DNA of 56,170 nucleotides, counting the filler, from Squatina squatina (Eukaryota), in assembly GCA_031763465.1 (NCBI GenBank). It is 3 parts of 3 records of this genome, joined end to end, with 100 filler letters (N's around TTAATTAATTAA, not from the genome) between each part and the next. Parts side by side here need not be neighbours in the genome. Positions count along the whole stretch, not along the records: positions 12,378 to 41,615 come from JARFOE010000163.1; 2 more parts are not named here. The stretch is one strand, 5' to 3'. This document shows, piece by piece, positions 13,675 to 27,032 of the stretch (positions within the stretch are counted from its first letter, which is position 1; every line of letters starts with the position of its first letter). A program made the translations under genes and the position numbers. The notes beneath the pieces are model-generated. The model saw only the letters and a program-made list of their open reading frames with translations, did not search any database and had not been told where the DNA came from.

Positions 13675-15018
13675 TTATACTCACAGGCTACAAAATTGAC
13701 AATTTCTAGTTAAAAGTCATGTGACAGAACCACTTTCACTGCTTACCCTTGCTTTACATTCAGAAGGCAAACAGCAAACCTTCCATTAAAAAAACCATGA
13801 GAAGTAGCTAAATCAAGCTTAGGAATTCAGCTTGTAGAGTTTTACACTTCTCAACCCACTATAATGAAGTTCCTGGGAAGAACAGGGAACAAGTTTGTTG
13901 TAATGAGAGTTGTAATAACAAGAATTGAATCTTACTCTAATTTCTTTCACTATGATTTATGTCTGAATATTGAGATGAACAACTGGGAGGAATATTAAAT
14001 AACTCTTCTCATCAAAGTGTTGAAGAACAGCTAGCGTGTGATCTCCACATTCTCACACAGGCTACAGTCATTGTGGTACGAGTTGTAAATTACAGTAAAA
14101 AATTGAAACAGAGACACAGTATTAAATCTGTGAAGAGCTAATCCATTTTCTACTTGTAGAATTTTGTCCATAAGCTTTTAGAAATGAGCACTGGGTCTGA
14201 ATTATTGAACAACACTGGCTGAATTGGATTTTCTCAGAATAATGAGAATTTGTTCCAATTCAGACAAGTTCAGATGTCAATGTACAACAGATAATTTGTC
14301 ATTTTCCCTGACCATCCAGTGAATTCCTGTAGCNNNNNNNNNNNNNNNNNNNNNNNNNNNNNNNNNNNNNNNNNNNNNNNNNNNNNNNNNNNNNNNNNNN
14401 NNNNNNNNNNNNNNNNNNNNNNNNNNNNNNNNNGAATTCCTGTAGCAGTGTTTCCTGTCAATCTGGTGAGTTTCAGGCGCTATGTTACCTAGCAATCTGG
14501 AGAAATTTTGTGTCTGGTTTATGGGGTGATCTAGTCAGGGTCTCCAACTGTGTTCTCCAATAGGCTAGTGAGAGTTTGCATTTGCTTTGGCTATTGGTTT
14601 AATTGACGTCTAAGAATGTGTTTCTTGACGGTCCCACTGATGCTGTGCCTCTGTTTTCACAGGTAATTTAATGGGAGTTTGTGACGCTGTTGCTGCAAGT
14701 CGAGTGAAGAACCCAATTATCCTGCTAACCTGGTGAAGCTCTATCTTCATCATTCTCATTGATCGATTCAAGGCTTTCCCTGATGATCTACTGAAGGTTT
14801 GTGATCATCTTTTCTAATCAGTTGAGTTGGTTCTTTTATATCCTGCATTGGCCCATACTAGGTACTTAGCACATGCAAATTAGTTTCACTTCAGGAGTGG
14901 ATCAAACGAAGTCTAAATTTAAGCATCTAAAAAATACTTTCTTTGCTTTCAAAATTGCACTTCTTTCCTTTTCATAGAATTTTACAGTGATTCAGCATAT
15001 CTGCTCTCTGAAAGAGCT

Positions 15019-15108
15019 ATGGGTGATCAAGGCTCTCTGGAGTCATGGCTTATGATGCCTTTGCTCGCAAATCCAGGACAAAAGATGAACACAGGTTTAG
15101 TGAGGTGT
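15019..15108 (+). pseudogene. decayed Harbinger/HARBI1-type transposase fragment
   Basis: MGDQGSLESWLMMPLLANP, then frameshifted RTKDEHRFSE, resembles the Harbinger motif LLGDxGYPLxxWLMTPLxNPxTxAExxYN. Confidence 0.5.
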
Positions 15109-16196
15109 NNNNNNNNNNNNNNNNNNNNNNNNNNNNNNNNNNNNNNNNNNNNNNNNNNNNNNNNNNNNNNNNNNNNNNNNNNNNNNNNNNNNNNNNNNNN
15201 NNNNNNNNCTGTCATCTTGAAGTATCCTTTTGACATTGTAGTGATTTGGAAGAAGAAATCTGCATAAAAGACTAAATAACTAACAGGTTTTTCTGTTGAA
15301 TTAATAATTTACAACAGTTAAACGAGCAGTATGCTCCACAATACAGGCACAAACTATGGGAATATTGTTATTGATGTGCTGCAGCTCCTGGTAATATTAA
15401 TTAATGTATTCAGAAAATAAGATTTCACATTGGAGGATAAGGAAACATTAACATCTTAGTCAATGGAGGTATCATTATTGTTCCACATTATCCAGAAGAT
15501 GCAGTGGCCTATGTTCTTGATGATGTGCTTTGCAGCACAAGTGGCCTCTCCAGCTTGCTCTTCAGAACCACACATGACAAGACCTAGACATGACCTAAAT
15601 AGATACATTAGAAACTATCCAGAGAATTGCAGCCAATCAGATGTGGCTAAGCACTCCACTAGATTATACCTACAAGCTGGTAGAAGCGTTACAAAAATGT
15701 TATGGTGCCCACATTTTGACCGCCTGCTCCCTTTGTAGAATGCTGCTGCTTGCAGGAGCTATATAACATAAAACTATTCAGCTCTGAGATAGGACATGTC
15801 CACACTGACTGAAAGAGGACTGCACTGAAACTTAATACATGCATATTACAGTCGTAAAGGAACAGTATCCCTTCTGTTGCGCTGTGCTGTTTGCTATTTA
15901 ACCCTCAGATCACTGCAGCAGCATTGCTGCACTATCAGAAAAGCACACGGTTTTCTTTTTTGTTTAATCAGAGAACATTGCAGAAATATTTTGTCCATAT
16001 GTTTATTTAATTTTGCTTTATAATATCAAGCATTAGAAATATACTGGGTGTAAATCCTTACACAGGTTATCTTGCTGCAAGTGTGGACCGACTTCAATCC
16101 AGATCAGTCTCCACACAAATGGTTAAAAGACAATCATTTTCTCTGCAATAGTTTGCATGTGATTATTTTAAGATACAAGAAAGAATAGAAACATAT

Positions 16197-16419
16197 TTTC
16201 CCAGAGGGTGGTGAGAATGTGGAACTCGCTACCACAGGGAGTGGTTGAGGCGAATGGTACAGATGCATTTAAGGGGAGGCTAGACAAGCATATGAGGGAG
16301 AAGGGGATAGAGGGTTATGCTGACAGAATTAGATGAGAAAGGATGGGAGGAGGCCTGAGTGAAGCATAGATTGCTTGGGCCAAATGGCCTGTTTCTGTGC
16401 TGAATATTCTATGTAATTC
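16197..16419 (+). mobile_element. CR1-type LINE 3' end
   Basis: QRVVRMWNSLPQGVVEANGTDAFKGRLDKHMREKGIEGY plus a ggccaaatggcctgtttctgtgctg tail. Confidence 0.85.
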
Positions 16420-16887
16420 AGATGCAGTATATAGTATTCTCTCACTTGAGCTCTGTCACACAATTCAAATGATCTTTTAGATTGGTAAGCCAAGATGACA
16501 AAGTACAGTAGACCATTTCTATCAAGCTGTCTTTAGAAGCTACACAAAACAGCCATTAGGGCAAGTAGAACATTTCTATGTGGTTTTTCCATTAGTAAGG
16601 GAGCCACAAACGACATGTGTCATCTCAGAGGTTGTGGTACATGAGAAAGTGTTCGATTGATGACTGCTCTGCACAGACATGTAACATTCTGTTTTGTGGG
16701 TTGCTAACCTTGCTCTATAAGAACTGCTCTGTACAATTCACACTGAAGTTTTGTAATAAATATGTTTAGTTGAAATATTCTGGTGCCAATTGTCCTGTCG
16801 TTTCATGGTGTAGCGGCACAGAAAAGGGGGCATTGAAGCTTGTTTCTGGTGGGAAAATGGGTGACTGTAAGAAGTCCCTGCTTGCAA

Positions 16888-17000
16888 ACATAAGAACGTA
16901 AGAAATAGGAGCAGGAGCAGGAGTAGGCGTAGGCCATTCGGCCCCTCGAGCCTGCCCTGCCATTCAATGAGATCAGAGCCGATTTTCTACCTCAACCCCA
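16888..17000 (-). mobile_element. CR1-type LINE 3' tail
   Basis: acataagaacgtaagaaataggagcaggag...ggccattcggcccctcgagcctg, the reverse of the tail at 26990-27032. Confidence 0.8.
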
Positions 17001-17542
17001 NNNNNNNNNNNNNNNNNNNNNNNNNNNNNNNNNNNNNNNNNNNNNNNNNNNNNNNNNNNNNNNNNNNNNNNNNNNNNNNNNNNNNNNNNNNNNNNNNNNN
17101 ATATCTTCCAAACTTTGGAAATGTCAAGCAGAGTATTCTGTGGTGACAAAAGCTTTCCGCATTTCTGATTAATATTGGTGGCATGCTGTTGTGTACTTCA
17201 CAGCTGTTCTAGTAAGACTGAGTGATCCTGCGTGGTCTGTGCTGTGTGGGTTTTATTTTTCTCTCTTTCAATGCAAGCATCAATGCTCAAGGCACTCTTA
17301 TCAGCAGCTGAATCGGTGAGACCAGAAAACCACAACTTTACAGTTGCTCATGTAGGTATGACTAGGAAATACTCTTCTCTTAAAAAAAAACAAATTGCAT
17401 TTCTGTTTGTTGTCACAAAGCTGTAAGCTGTAAAAAGTGCGAATTTTCGACTCAGATGTTTGATTATTCGGATCACATTTTGAAAATAAAATCCCTTTAT
17501 GCCTGAATCAGTCTATTTAAGCAAAGCAGCTAAATGTAACAG

Positions 17543-17792
17543 GAACAAAAACAGAGAACGCTGGGAATACTCAGCAGGTCAGGCAGCTTCAGTGGAGAGA
17601 GAAACAGAGTCAACGTTCCAGGTCGATGACCCTTGGTCAGAACTGGAAAAAAAGTTAGAAATGTAGCAGGTTTTTAAGCAAGTGCAGGGGCAGGGAAAGA
17701 ACAAAGGGGAGGTCTGTGCTAGGGTGGAAGGTAGGAGAGAAGAGAAGAGATTAAGTGACATTAAGAGATGGTGCAAGGCAAAAGGAGATGGT
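17543..17792 (-). mobile_element. Penelope-like element terminal repeat with decayed hammerhead motif
   Basis: gctgggaatactcagcaggtcaggcagc...gagagaaacagagtcaacgttccaggtcgatgaccc is recalled as an abundant shark Penelope-related repeat; hammerhead-like geometry on the minus strand. Confidence 0.6.
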
Positions 17793-19899
17793 NNNNNNNN
17801 NNNNNNNNNNNNNNNNNNNNNNNNNNNNNNNNNNNNNNNNNNNNNNNNNNNNNNNNNNNNNNNNNNNNNNNNNNNNNNNNNNNNNNNNNNNNGAGGCAAG
17901 AGCGGAAACAGGCAGTGTTACGGTGGTGGAAACAGGCGGTCTTGGTGATGGCACGGATATGCAGTCGGAATCTCAGCTCAGGGATTCAATGTCAAATCAG
18001 GTTCAGAAAGAGAAATAAAGAAAGGGTAAGAAATGTTAGATTAAGAGAGCGAAAAGAGAAAGAAAGGAAAAGTTTTTAAAAAGTTTTTAAAATTGTGTTC
18101 CAATATGTACATGGTGAATAAGAAACACATTGATTCACTCTCAAGAAAAATTCCGGTAAACATATCTTGGTGGTATTAATAGTGATTTATTTGATATATT
18201 TCCAGCAGCTGGCACAGACAGTAGTCACACAGTTGCAATTCCTAACAGGAATGTATGGCTTCAGCATAATTCAGTGCTACATTTTCTTCTAGCGATTAGT
18301 CTCTGTGTGATTTAATTATCTGTTTCGAGACTGCAGTTATGTTAGTTATTATCTAGGCTGCTGGCCAAGCCACACTTACAGCCACAGCATCCATAAACAC
18401 AGCCTCCTCGTCGCATCTTCAAAGCCGAGATTTGTATAAATAACGCAAATTAATATTGTTTGAGGCGTGGCATGCAAAATGAAGATTTTACCAAGTACGT
18501 AAGACCTAAATTCATTGATATATGTACCACTGCTAAAGGTTTGGCACTTTCTCAAAATAGCAAAGCAATGCTTAAAGAAGAAATTCTGATTAATGAAGGG
18601 CATGAAGCCTTTCTTACAGAAGCAGTTTGGGAAATTTGCATGTTTTTTTTGTCTGGATGACCCATAGTTCCATTATAAACTGATGTCTCATGATCACAAT
18701 GCAACTCTGTAATATTTTATGTGCAATGGTTTTCCATCATCCAAACACTGTACAAGTAAAGGGACCATTACACTTGATCCAGGAAACAAGGATTGTATGT
18801 CGACAACAGATGAGGTTCCATTGACAACAGTGGAAAAAAGAAAAAGATTTGATTGTAATTGTTAAACGTATGCTAAAACATTCCAGTTAGTGTGAGGTTC
18901 CTGGTAACAAGGCGCGTTGATCCTGAGACGCATCTGAACATCTGAGACACTTCCTTCATCCTATGGGGTGGAATCATAGTCCTACATAACAATGATTTAG
19001 AAGCAAAGTAAAGTGATATTGTGGACATTTACTGCTGATTGAATGTTCTGTAGGTGTTCCAAAAGTGGTTACCTGGCCTTTAGCCCTGTGAGCTATTTAG
19101 TTAATAGTCATAAAGTGTTAATAAATCTTCCTGACAGGTTTTCATAGAATTATTGAGATATTNNNNNNNNNNTCTGAGCAACTAGGAAGCATGCCAATAA
19201 CAAATAAAGTTAATCTAGCTCATGTACCAAAGTTGGATTTGCCAACATTGCTCAAGGCTAGGGATAAGGAAACACATATTAAGGATGAATATAAATCCAC
19301 ACAAGAAATCCAAGACAAATCCAAATCTGGTTAGTTGGTTGGGCCTGGCCAAAACCAAGATATGTTTGTTTCATCTGGAGTGGATTACTGTGGCAGCCTG
19401 TTCCGTTTTACCAGAAATCTGAATCTCAGTTACTTTGGTGAAATATTCCATATTATCAGAAATTTTAACCTGAGCTGAAGAAATAAGACTCGCAACTGAG
19501 ATATGCTCTCGGTTGTGTGCTGGATTCAATAACAGTTGCAACAGTTTAGTTTAGCCCCAGAGAAAAATGAACAGGCAAAGCAGCAGCTGAAATAAGGGAA
19601 GTTTTGAGGAGGTCTAATGTAATTTTGGTTGTCGTTGGTATCCAAGGTAATACAGCCTAAGGTCAGATAATCTCAGTTTGTTTCCCTCCTCCCTTTAGAT
19701 CTTTACCGACTGTTCTGTATTTTTAATTTGAGGAGGGAATATTGCCAAACCATCCATAAGAATAAATGTTAATGTTCTGTATTGGATTTCATCTGCCACC
19801 CACCAGATAATATTCCTGCATAGCATGTCCTCCAGTGCTCCATAAACTAATCATCTCTGCCGAAGTTTATCCATATGAAGTTTGACCTTCATCACATTT

Positions 19900-20840
19900 C
19901 TAAGCAAAAAGTTATCAAACTCCTTTTTTCAAGGAGTTCACTGGGTAACTTTAGTAGAAGCCTATCCTACACATTAACAACTCTAAGAAAAAGAATTGAT
20001 GAATCATGAGGCTCAATCCATTTATATTTATGACCTTTGGTCTCATAGTCACAAGTGAAGTTAGAAAACCTATTAAAATCTTTTTTTAACCATTCTTGTG
20101 ATGTGGGCATTGTTGGCTTTGCGCTTCAGAGTATGGCCCCTTTATCCATTTAACTATTTATTCAGTGATACCATGTGTTTTTATCTTCTTCAAAATTCCT
20201 CAGAAGCAGAACTCATCAAATACCTTCTGAAAATATAAGTGTATGCACTGAAGCCATTAATTTATTTACCATTTCAAAGAATTATAGTAGATTTATGAGG
20301 TAAATCTATTGTTTCTAAAGCCATGTTAACCTCCTTATGGCTTTATGCTCTTGAGACAGACATTCACAGCACCTCATAAAATACTTTCTAAAGTTTTCCC
20401 AACTACAGATGTCAAGCTATCTGGTCTATAATTATCTGATTCGTGTCAATCCTGTTTTGAATATCAAGACTACTTGAACAATTTTCCAGTCATCAGGTAT
20501 AAACCCTGTATTTCCAGAACTCTTGAAAATATTAAGCAATGTCTCATCTATTTAATCATTCATTTCCTTAAGGACTGTATCCCATCTGGTACATGTATGC
20601 CATGGAAATTTCGAGCTTCTTTACAACACAAGCCTAATTACCTTCCACATTAGTTGCACATTCCAGAGCCAGTTTCATTCTAGAGCATTGGCCCTCATTT
20701 GTGACAACTGAAGTGAAGAAACCCATTTAACAAATCAGTCATCTCCTGATCTCCTATCGCCTTAACTCCTAGCTTATCGACTAACAGACCAATACGGTCT
20801 TTAATAATCTGTCAGCATCAGATATAGCTTAAAAAGGAAC
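19900..20840 (-). mobile_element. old CR1 LINE ORF2 (reverse transcriptase) fossil
   Basis: Minus-strand motifs DRIGLLVDK, EMTDLLN, NYRPDSLTSVVGKTLE (about 20385-20432) and HGFRNN, with many stops and frameshifts. Confidence 0.8.
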
Positions 20841-21989
20841 CATCCTGTAATTTGCCTTTCTATTTTCCTGATGTTCCCTCTAATACTTCCTGAATCGCTC
20901 AGGTCTAAATTTACTCCTTTTACTCATGGGATATGCCTTCGTCTACATACCTTAAGATACTTCCATTACAAAATGTTAAATCACAAAAGACTAAAACACT
21001 AAACAAGAATCTCCACCACTTAACTTATCAAAATAAAACACATACAATCTGACCTAGAAGAACTTCATCCCAGTTTGGAACTTTTATTGTTATTAAATCT
21101 AGTACTTTAATCAATGTCAGCATTTAGTATGTTACGGTCAATAGTGCTCTGCTTCAAATTCTCTGATAAATTCTGTTCTTNNNNNNNNNNNNNNNNNNNN
21201 NNNNNNNNNNNNNNNNNNNNNNNNNNNNNNNNNNNNNNNNNNNNNNNNNNNNNNNNNNNNNNNNNNNNNNNNNNNNNNNNTTCTGTAGCCATTCTATGAT
21301 TCTATTTGTATTGAGTTTTCTACTGTTTGTGTATAATACCTATCATTTAGTAATGCGCAGTTCTAAAACGTAAATAAGAATCCACAAGCTTGTTGAACAG
21401 ATAATTTATGATATTTATTAATTACTACATTACTGCTTTGAAATTTTTAAAATTTTGCTGTCTGTCCTTCATTTGGAACTCTGACCACATTCGCATTCAG
21501 TGGGTTTTACGCATGGATAGAAACAATAGCTGGAAGTGGTACACAGCTACAGAAAAAGGCTGGTTACTCAGTGAAGATGAAGAGCAGTACATTGAGATGT
21601 GCAGGTGTTTGAATTACATTACAGTCGTCCCTCTGTAGCAGGTCTCAGAGGGAAGTGGGGGCAGTTAAGAACTCTCTGTCTGACTGTTAGACCCAAAACC
21701 GGGTTGTTTTACATTATCAGAAACTCACCCACGCAAATCTTTTTTTTCGCTTTGCGCCTTGCATATTTAGCGGGTTGACTAAGCACGTCTGCAAAATGTC
21801 CATTTACCATATTTCTTAAAATAATAACTTTCACTGCAAACCAAATAATATTCGGTGTGGACAAACCTGTTTAGAACAATGTTATATCATGTAACTAATG
21901 AGGTACTGAGTGTAAAAACACACATATTTAAGCTGTAGATCAGTGCAGTTCACAGACACAAGTCCAGGATTTACAACCTAGAGTGCAAT

Positions 21990-22520
21990 CATTAACCTGT
22001 TCCGCCCGGCAGTAACTCAGCAACCGCGCAGTTAAAATTGCCACCAAAAACTTACCGCTCCATTCTCGCCCACTGCTGCTTGAACGGGGCTCTACTTTTA
22101 AGGTGGGAACCTTATTAGTACATGCAAATCGAGGTCCTGCAATGTCATTAGGACCCTGATGACCTTTTCACTGCAGACCGTAAAATCCGTCAGGAAGGAA
22201 GCAGACTGCCTTATAGGTCAGTTTTAAACTTATCTTTGTGGGGCCAGGAGAGACAGGAGTGCTCTCCCGGGCCCCACAAGGAAAGTCAGCCCCTCTGTTG
22301 CCCTGGGCTTCCCTCCCTTCCAACCCGTGAGACCCTGGTGAAGGCTCCCCACTTCCACAACTTACCTGAATGCCGGAGCGTGGCCTCTGTGTGATGTCCA
22401 ATCAGCAAGCTGCCTCTTTCCACCAGTTTCAGGCGAGCATCTAGCTGGCCGGCTGGAACTGAGGCCCGGGAGTTAAAATTGCCCAGGCCTCAAATCGACG
22501 GTGCTGGGTTACAGGGCTTG
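21990..22520. repeat. GC-rich interspersed repeat (DNA-transposon/MITE-like)
   Basis: GC-rich block with a repeated gttaaaattgcc motif (about 22031 and 22472); no gene-like ORF. Confidence 0.4.
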
Positions 22521-23489
22521 AGGTTTTAGAAGAGACCAGACTGATGTCCAAGATGCACCTGAAGCTATCACCACTAAGATCAGCTACTTCATTTTACCTT
22601 GACTCGTGCTTTTTAATGCTTTATGTACAACACATNNNNNNNNNNNNNNNNNNNNNNNNNNNNNNNNNNNNNNNNNNNNNNNNNNNNNNNNNNNNNNNNN
22701 NNNNNNNNNNNNNNNNNNNNNNNNNNNNNNNNNNNAACTAATTGACCAGGGGCAGACTGACAACACATAATGTTTTCACCATAATGTGCATCACAGTATT
22801 CAGGTTTTTATAAGTTGTTCAATAATTTGAAATACGTCCATTGCCCTTTATTTTATTATTTTCCCATGAAACCTAGTAGCCGATCTCCAAAGTCATGGTA
22901 ATTGTTAAAGTTCCAGTTGTCATTTTCAAAAGCGCCTTGTTGAGAATTCCACAAAATTGTTCCAGTGGGAACAGCATCATTTTACAACAGCCGGAGAGGA
23001 AAACTGATGCTGCCAACAAAACTGTCTTGGATGTTGCTATGGCAATGTAGCTGCATGACATCATGTACAACAATTAATTCTGGTTCTTCAATGGTATAAA
23101 AGATGGGGATGGAAATGTAAGCTTGACTCAATTTCTACATTCACAGTGGTTTTAATTTCTGCATTAATGGTGACACCATGACACATTTGAGTGAGGGCGC
23201 TGACTGGAATTGAAGTATGGTGAGTCACAATGGCAGGAGTCCAGTAACAATGATCTTATTTTGTGTAAAAAGAAAACTTAAAAAAAAAACTTTACTAGTT
23301 CTTAATTCTTGATCTTATTCGATGCTGCTTGCAGCTACCTTTCTCTGGTACTCACTTCAGAATGGCAGTGTACACACCATAAAGAGGGATTAGTTGCATT
23401 TCCATCTAATCTACATCTGTGCTGCAGCCATGCCTGGATTTACATTGCAGGTTAGTGTTCAAAAAGTAACAAGGTACTTTTAACACCTC

Positions 23490-24085
23490 AGCACTTTTCG
23501 CCACGCAGATTATGACGTCAGGGAGCGTGCGATGCTCGCTGGGCGCCCAATATACAAACTTCAGTGGCGCTCCCCGCCTTACCGCCTCATACTGGCAGCG
23601 TCAGGGAGTGGAGGCGTGAACAAGCCAGCGGCGGCTGACGGGGCGCTAATTAAAGGGATGCGCCCCAGTACTCCCGTTCCAAAGGTCATTTATGCATGCC
23701 AGAGAGCGCATGATGTATCTGCAGCCAGATAAAGGCTTCTTAGTCCCCGCAGTGTTGTGGGCCGTCAAAGGCTTTTGCATTTCATCCCACAGCATATCGC
23801 CGTTCTGTGCTCTGCAAATCATTGGGGGCTGGTGTGCAGACTCCAGTGACCCTCCCCTTTAATGGCTGGATGGTGCCTTCACCAATGCTCACTCCCAAGT
23901 ACACACCTCATGTTCGTTACCGTTTGGAGCCTAACACCACTCACCTACTCCATTTGCGCCTGATTTAGCAATCCGCTGCATTCTTCCACTGCAATTTCGC
24001 GGGCGTCAAGATTGATTAGCGCCTGGTGCTAAACTTATAGTGTTTCAAAAGTCAATGCCCCAGCTGGGACGATACTGAATTTCTA
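23490..24085. repeat. CpG-rich interspersed repeat (DNA-transposon/MITE-like)
   Basis: CpG-rich block with recurring gggcg/cgccc motifs, ending ...gatactgaatttcta; no coding homology. Confidence 0.4.
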
Positions 24086-24484
24086 CTATGAATAGCAGTT
24101 CAGCCTGTAATTCTTTCCTTGCTACAATCTCCTAACTTAAGCACATACCACATTTCTGATTTTAGTTTTCAAGTGCACACTGAGGTGTCTACAGTGAGTT
24201 GTTGCATTTTCTCTTGTTTCCTATATCATGAAAGAAAAAACATTGTAGAGTCTATAAAAATGAAGGAAAAGGTAAACTAAGGCCAGAAAATAAACCAGTC
24301 AGTGGAAAGTAACAGTCACATTCTTTAAAGGAATTAGTTTATTGTTCCTAGAAATATCCAGACTGTGGCTAAAGGAATACAGGCTTTGCAAGTAGCGCTC
24401 AATGTGGGTCATTCTTAAAGATAACCACAGCTCCACTTGTCTAAATGTTTAGTATTCTATGTCACACTTACTGATCACAAATGT

Positions 24485-24572
24485 CATAGAAAGAGAGAAA
24501 ATAGGAGCAGGAGTAGGCCATTTGGCCCTTCGAGCCTGCTCCGCCATTCAATATGATCATGGCTGATCATCC
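24485..24572 (-). mobile_element. CR1-type LINE 3' tail running into a gap
   Basis: aataggagcaggagtaggccatttggcccttcgagcctgctccgccattcaatatgatcatggctgatc. Confidence 0.85.
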
Positions 24573-26431
24573 NNNNNNNNNNNNNNNNNNNNNNNNNNNN
24601 NNNNNNNNNNNNNNNNNNNNNNNNNNNNNNNNNNNNNNNNNNNNNNNNNNNNNNNNNNNNNNNNNNNNNNNNTGGAATTCAGGTTGGAAGCAAGCTGTGG
24701 AATTTGCATCCACACCACGAATAGGTCAGTTCACTATGGGCCCTTTACCTCTAAAGTTTGCACATGTTTGAACGCTCAAATTTTAAAGTGGCTAATTGGG
24801 GGCTTCACTGAAAATTTTCAAGGAGTCCCATTTCCAGCACTAAATTCAGCGCTTCGCACTACAAACTTTAAAAACCAGAATTGGCCGCCCCAGGTGTGGT
24901 CTCACCAAAGGCCTATATAATTGTTGCAAGACTATAATGCAGGTAATAGGCACCATATTACTGGCCCCTAGACTCATACTACATGGGTTTTGCAGTGATA
25001 ATTACAACTGGTGTGAAAACTTTGAAAATTTTTAGATTAAAATTTAATCTGCATTTGGATTCCAGTAAGCAATCTAAGCATGCAGACACAGAGCTCCACA
25101 GTCCCTTGTCAAAGAGTGACATGAAATCTACAGTGTAGCTTGGGCCTGCCAGACCCACCTCGCTCTCAGCAGGTAGTCACTGTAGTGTAACGTTGCCCTA
25201 ATTAGCTTTTTGAAGTAAGCAATGGAAATTTAATCCTTGTGTTGGAATCTTTACGGACGCTTATTTATATTTCATAGTCATGTCGTTCTTTTGGATTCCA
25301 ATTTTAAAAACATGCATGAGCTGACGATACTAATTGACGCAGCAAGATGTCTGTGTGGTATCCTGATGTGTTGGTGAGTTGCAGACCCCATACATCAAAA
25401 TTATTGTATGCTCATGTTCATATGTCATGCGCCACTTAAACTGTAATATATACATCCGTGATGGAAATATTTGATGCAAAGTAATGTCATGTAATAACCA
25501 GACAGTTCAGCTTGCTTCTTCCCAAAACATGCAAACCGTGTGGTGATCTAGCAGCACTCTCTTCACTTTCCCGTTCATTGATGTCGAACAAAACTCCTGC
25601 GTAGACAGCAGTTAAAATGTTAACTTTTTCTTTTTTTTTAAATATAAGTGAACGAGAGTAATTGCTGTGAAAGATTGTGTCAGGGTTGGCGCAATGTAGT
25701 GAACAGATGTTTGTGAAGGTCCTGTTCTTTTTTAAAAGCATCACTCTTTAATATCTAGTAGCAGGACTGGAAAATCTGGCCAAGAGAGTTCAAATGAAAT
25801 TAGCCAGGGCGGTACTCAAAAACAAAACGGAAAGCTGCCCATTTAGACGTTGTGAATCTAAGAGTTCTCTCTCCACCAGCAGGTTAAGCTGTTGCAGGCT
25901 ATGTTATTTGAATGTTTGTCATCATAACCTGCACCATCTGATCCTTTTAATTGAGGCCTGAAGGCTAAAGAACTCGGTAGTAAGTTGCCTTTGTTCATTT
26001 ATCTGTGTCTGTAATAGCTTAAAAATAACCTGGACAATACATAAAGAATTAGCTTGAAACTTACCCCAGTGTAGCTAATGCAAAGTACAATGTTTGTACT
26101 GTATTGGCTTTGATGGTCATCAATCATTTCTAACATAATTAAAGAGTGAAGTTTAGATGCTGTAACATAATATTACTGTACTGGTGGAAGAAACAGCTGT
26201 CATGATGTCACAAAAACAGAAACATTACAGGGTAGTTTACCCACCAAGCCCAGTGGAAACAATGTGGGCAAAGGGTAGGATAGCGGGGCAGGGCGCGGGT
26301 GGGGAGGGCGTAGGATTTGTACCACATGTGTTCCTGTTCCCCATCCCCCACTGCCTCACAATCTTAACTTATCTAAAATCTGGCACAGGAACACCACCAG
26401 CCCCAGAGGAGTGAGGCCTAATTTTAATGGC

Positions 26432-27032
26432 GAAGATGAGTATATACTGCAATTATATCGGGCCTTGGTGAGACTGCACCTGGAGTATTTTGTATAGTTT
26501 TGGTCTCCTTACCTAAAGAAGGATATACTTGCCGTAGAGGTAGTGCAACAAAGGTTCACCAGACTGATTCATAGAATGGCAGGATTGTCGTATGAGGAGA
26601 GATTGAGTAGACGAGTGCTGTATTCTCTAGAGTTTAGAAGAATGAGAGGTGATCTCATTGAAACATACAACATTCTTACAGGGATTGACAGGGTAGATGC
26701 AGGCAGTATATTTTCCCTGGCTGGGGAGTCTAGAATTAACGGATCACAGTTTCAGAATAAGGGGTCGGCCATTTAGGACTGAGATGAGATACTTCTTCAC
26801 TCAGAGGGTGGTGAATTTTTGGAATTGTCTGCCCCAGAGGGCTGTGAAGGCTCAGTCAATGAATATATTCTGGACAGAGATTGATAGATTTTTGGATATT
26901 AATGGGATCCTGGAATATAGGGATAGTGCAGGAAAGTGAAGTTGAGGTTTAAGATCTGCCATGATCTTATGAATGGCGGGGCAGGCTGGAGGGGCCGAAT
27001 GGCCTACTCCTGCTCCTATCTCTTATGTTCTT
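26432..27032 (+). mobile_element. 5'-truncated CR1 LINE (RT C-terminus plus 3'UTR)
   Basis: LQLYRALVRLHLEY...VQQRFTRLI...LSYEERL...LEFRRMRGDLIETY...FFTQRVVNFWNCLPQ, ending in a gccgaatggcctactcctgctcct tail. Confidence 0.93.

Noticed and set aside
15918-15938. agcagcattgctgcactatca, resembling miR-103/107
   Set aside because: Only the first 10 nt and the last few match, and there is no complementary 5' arm or PANK host context.
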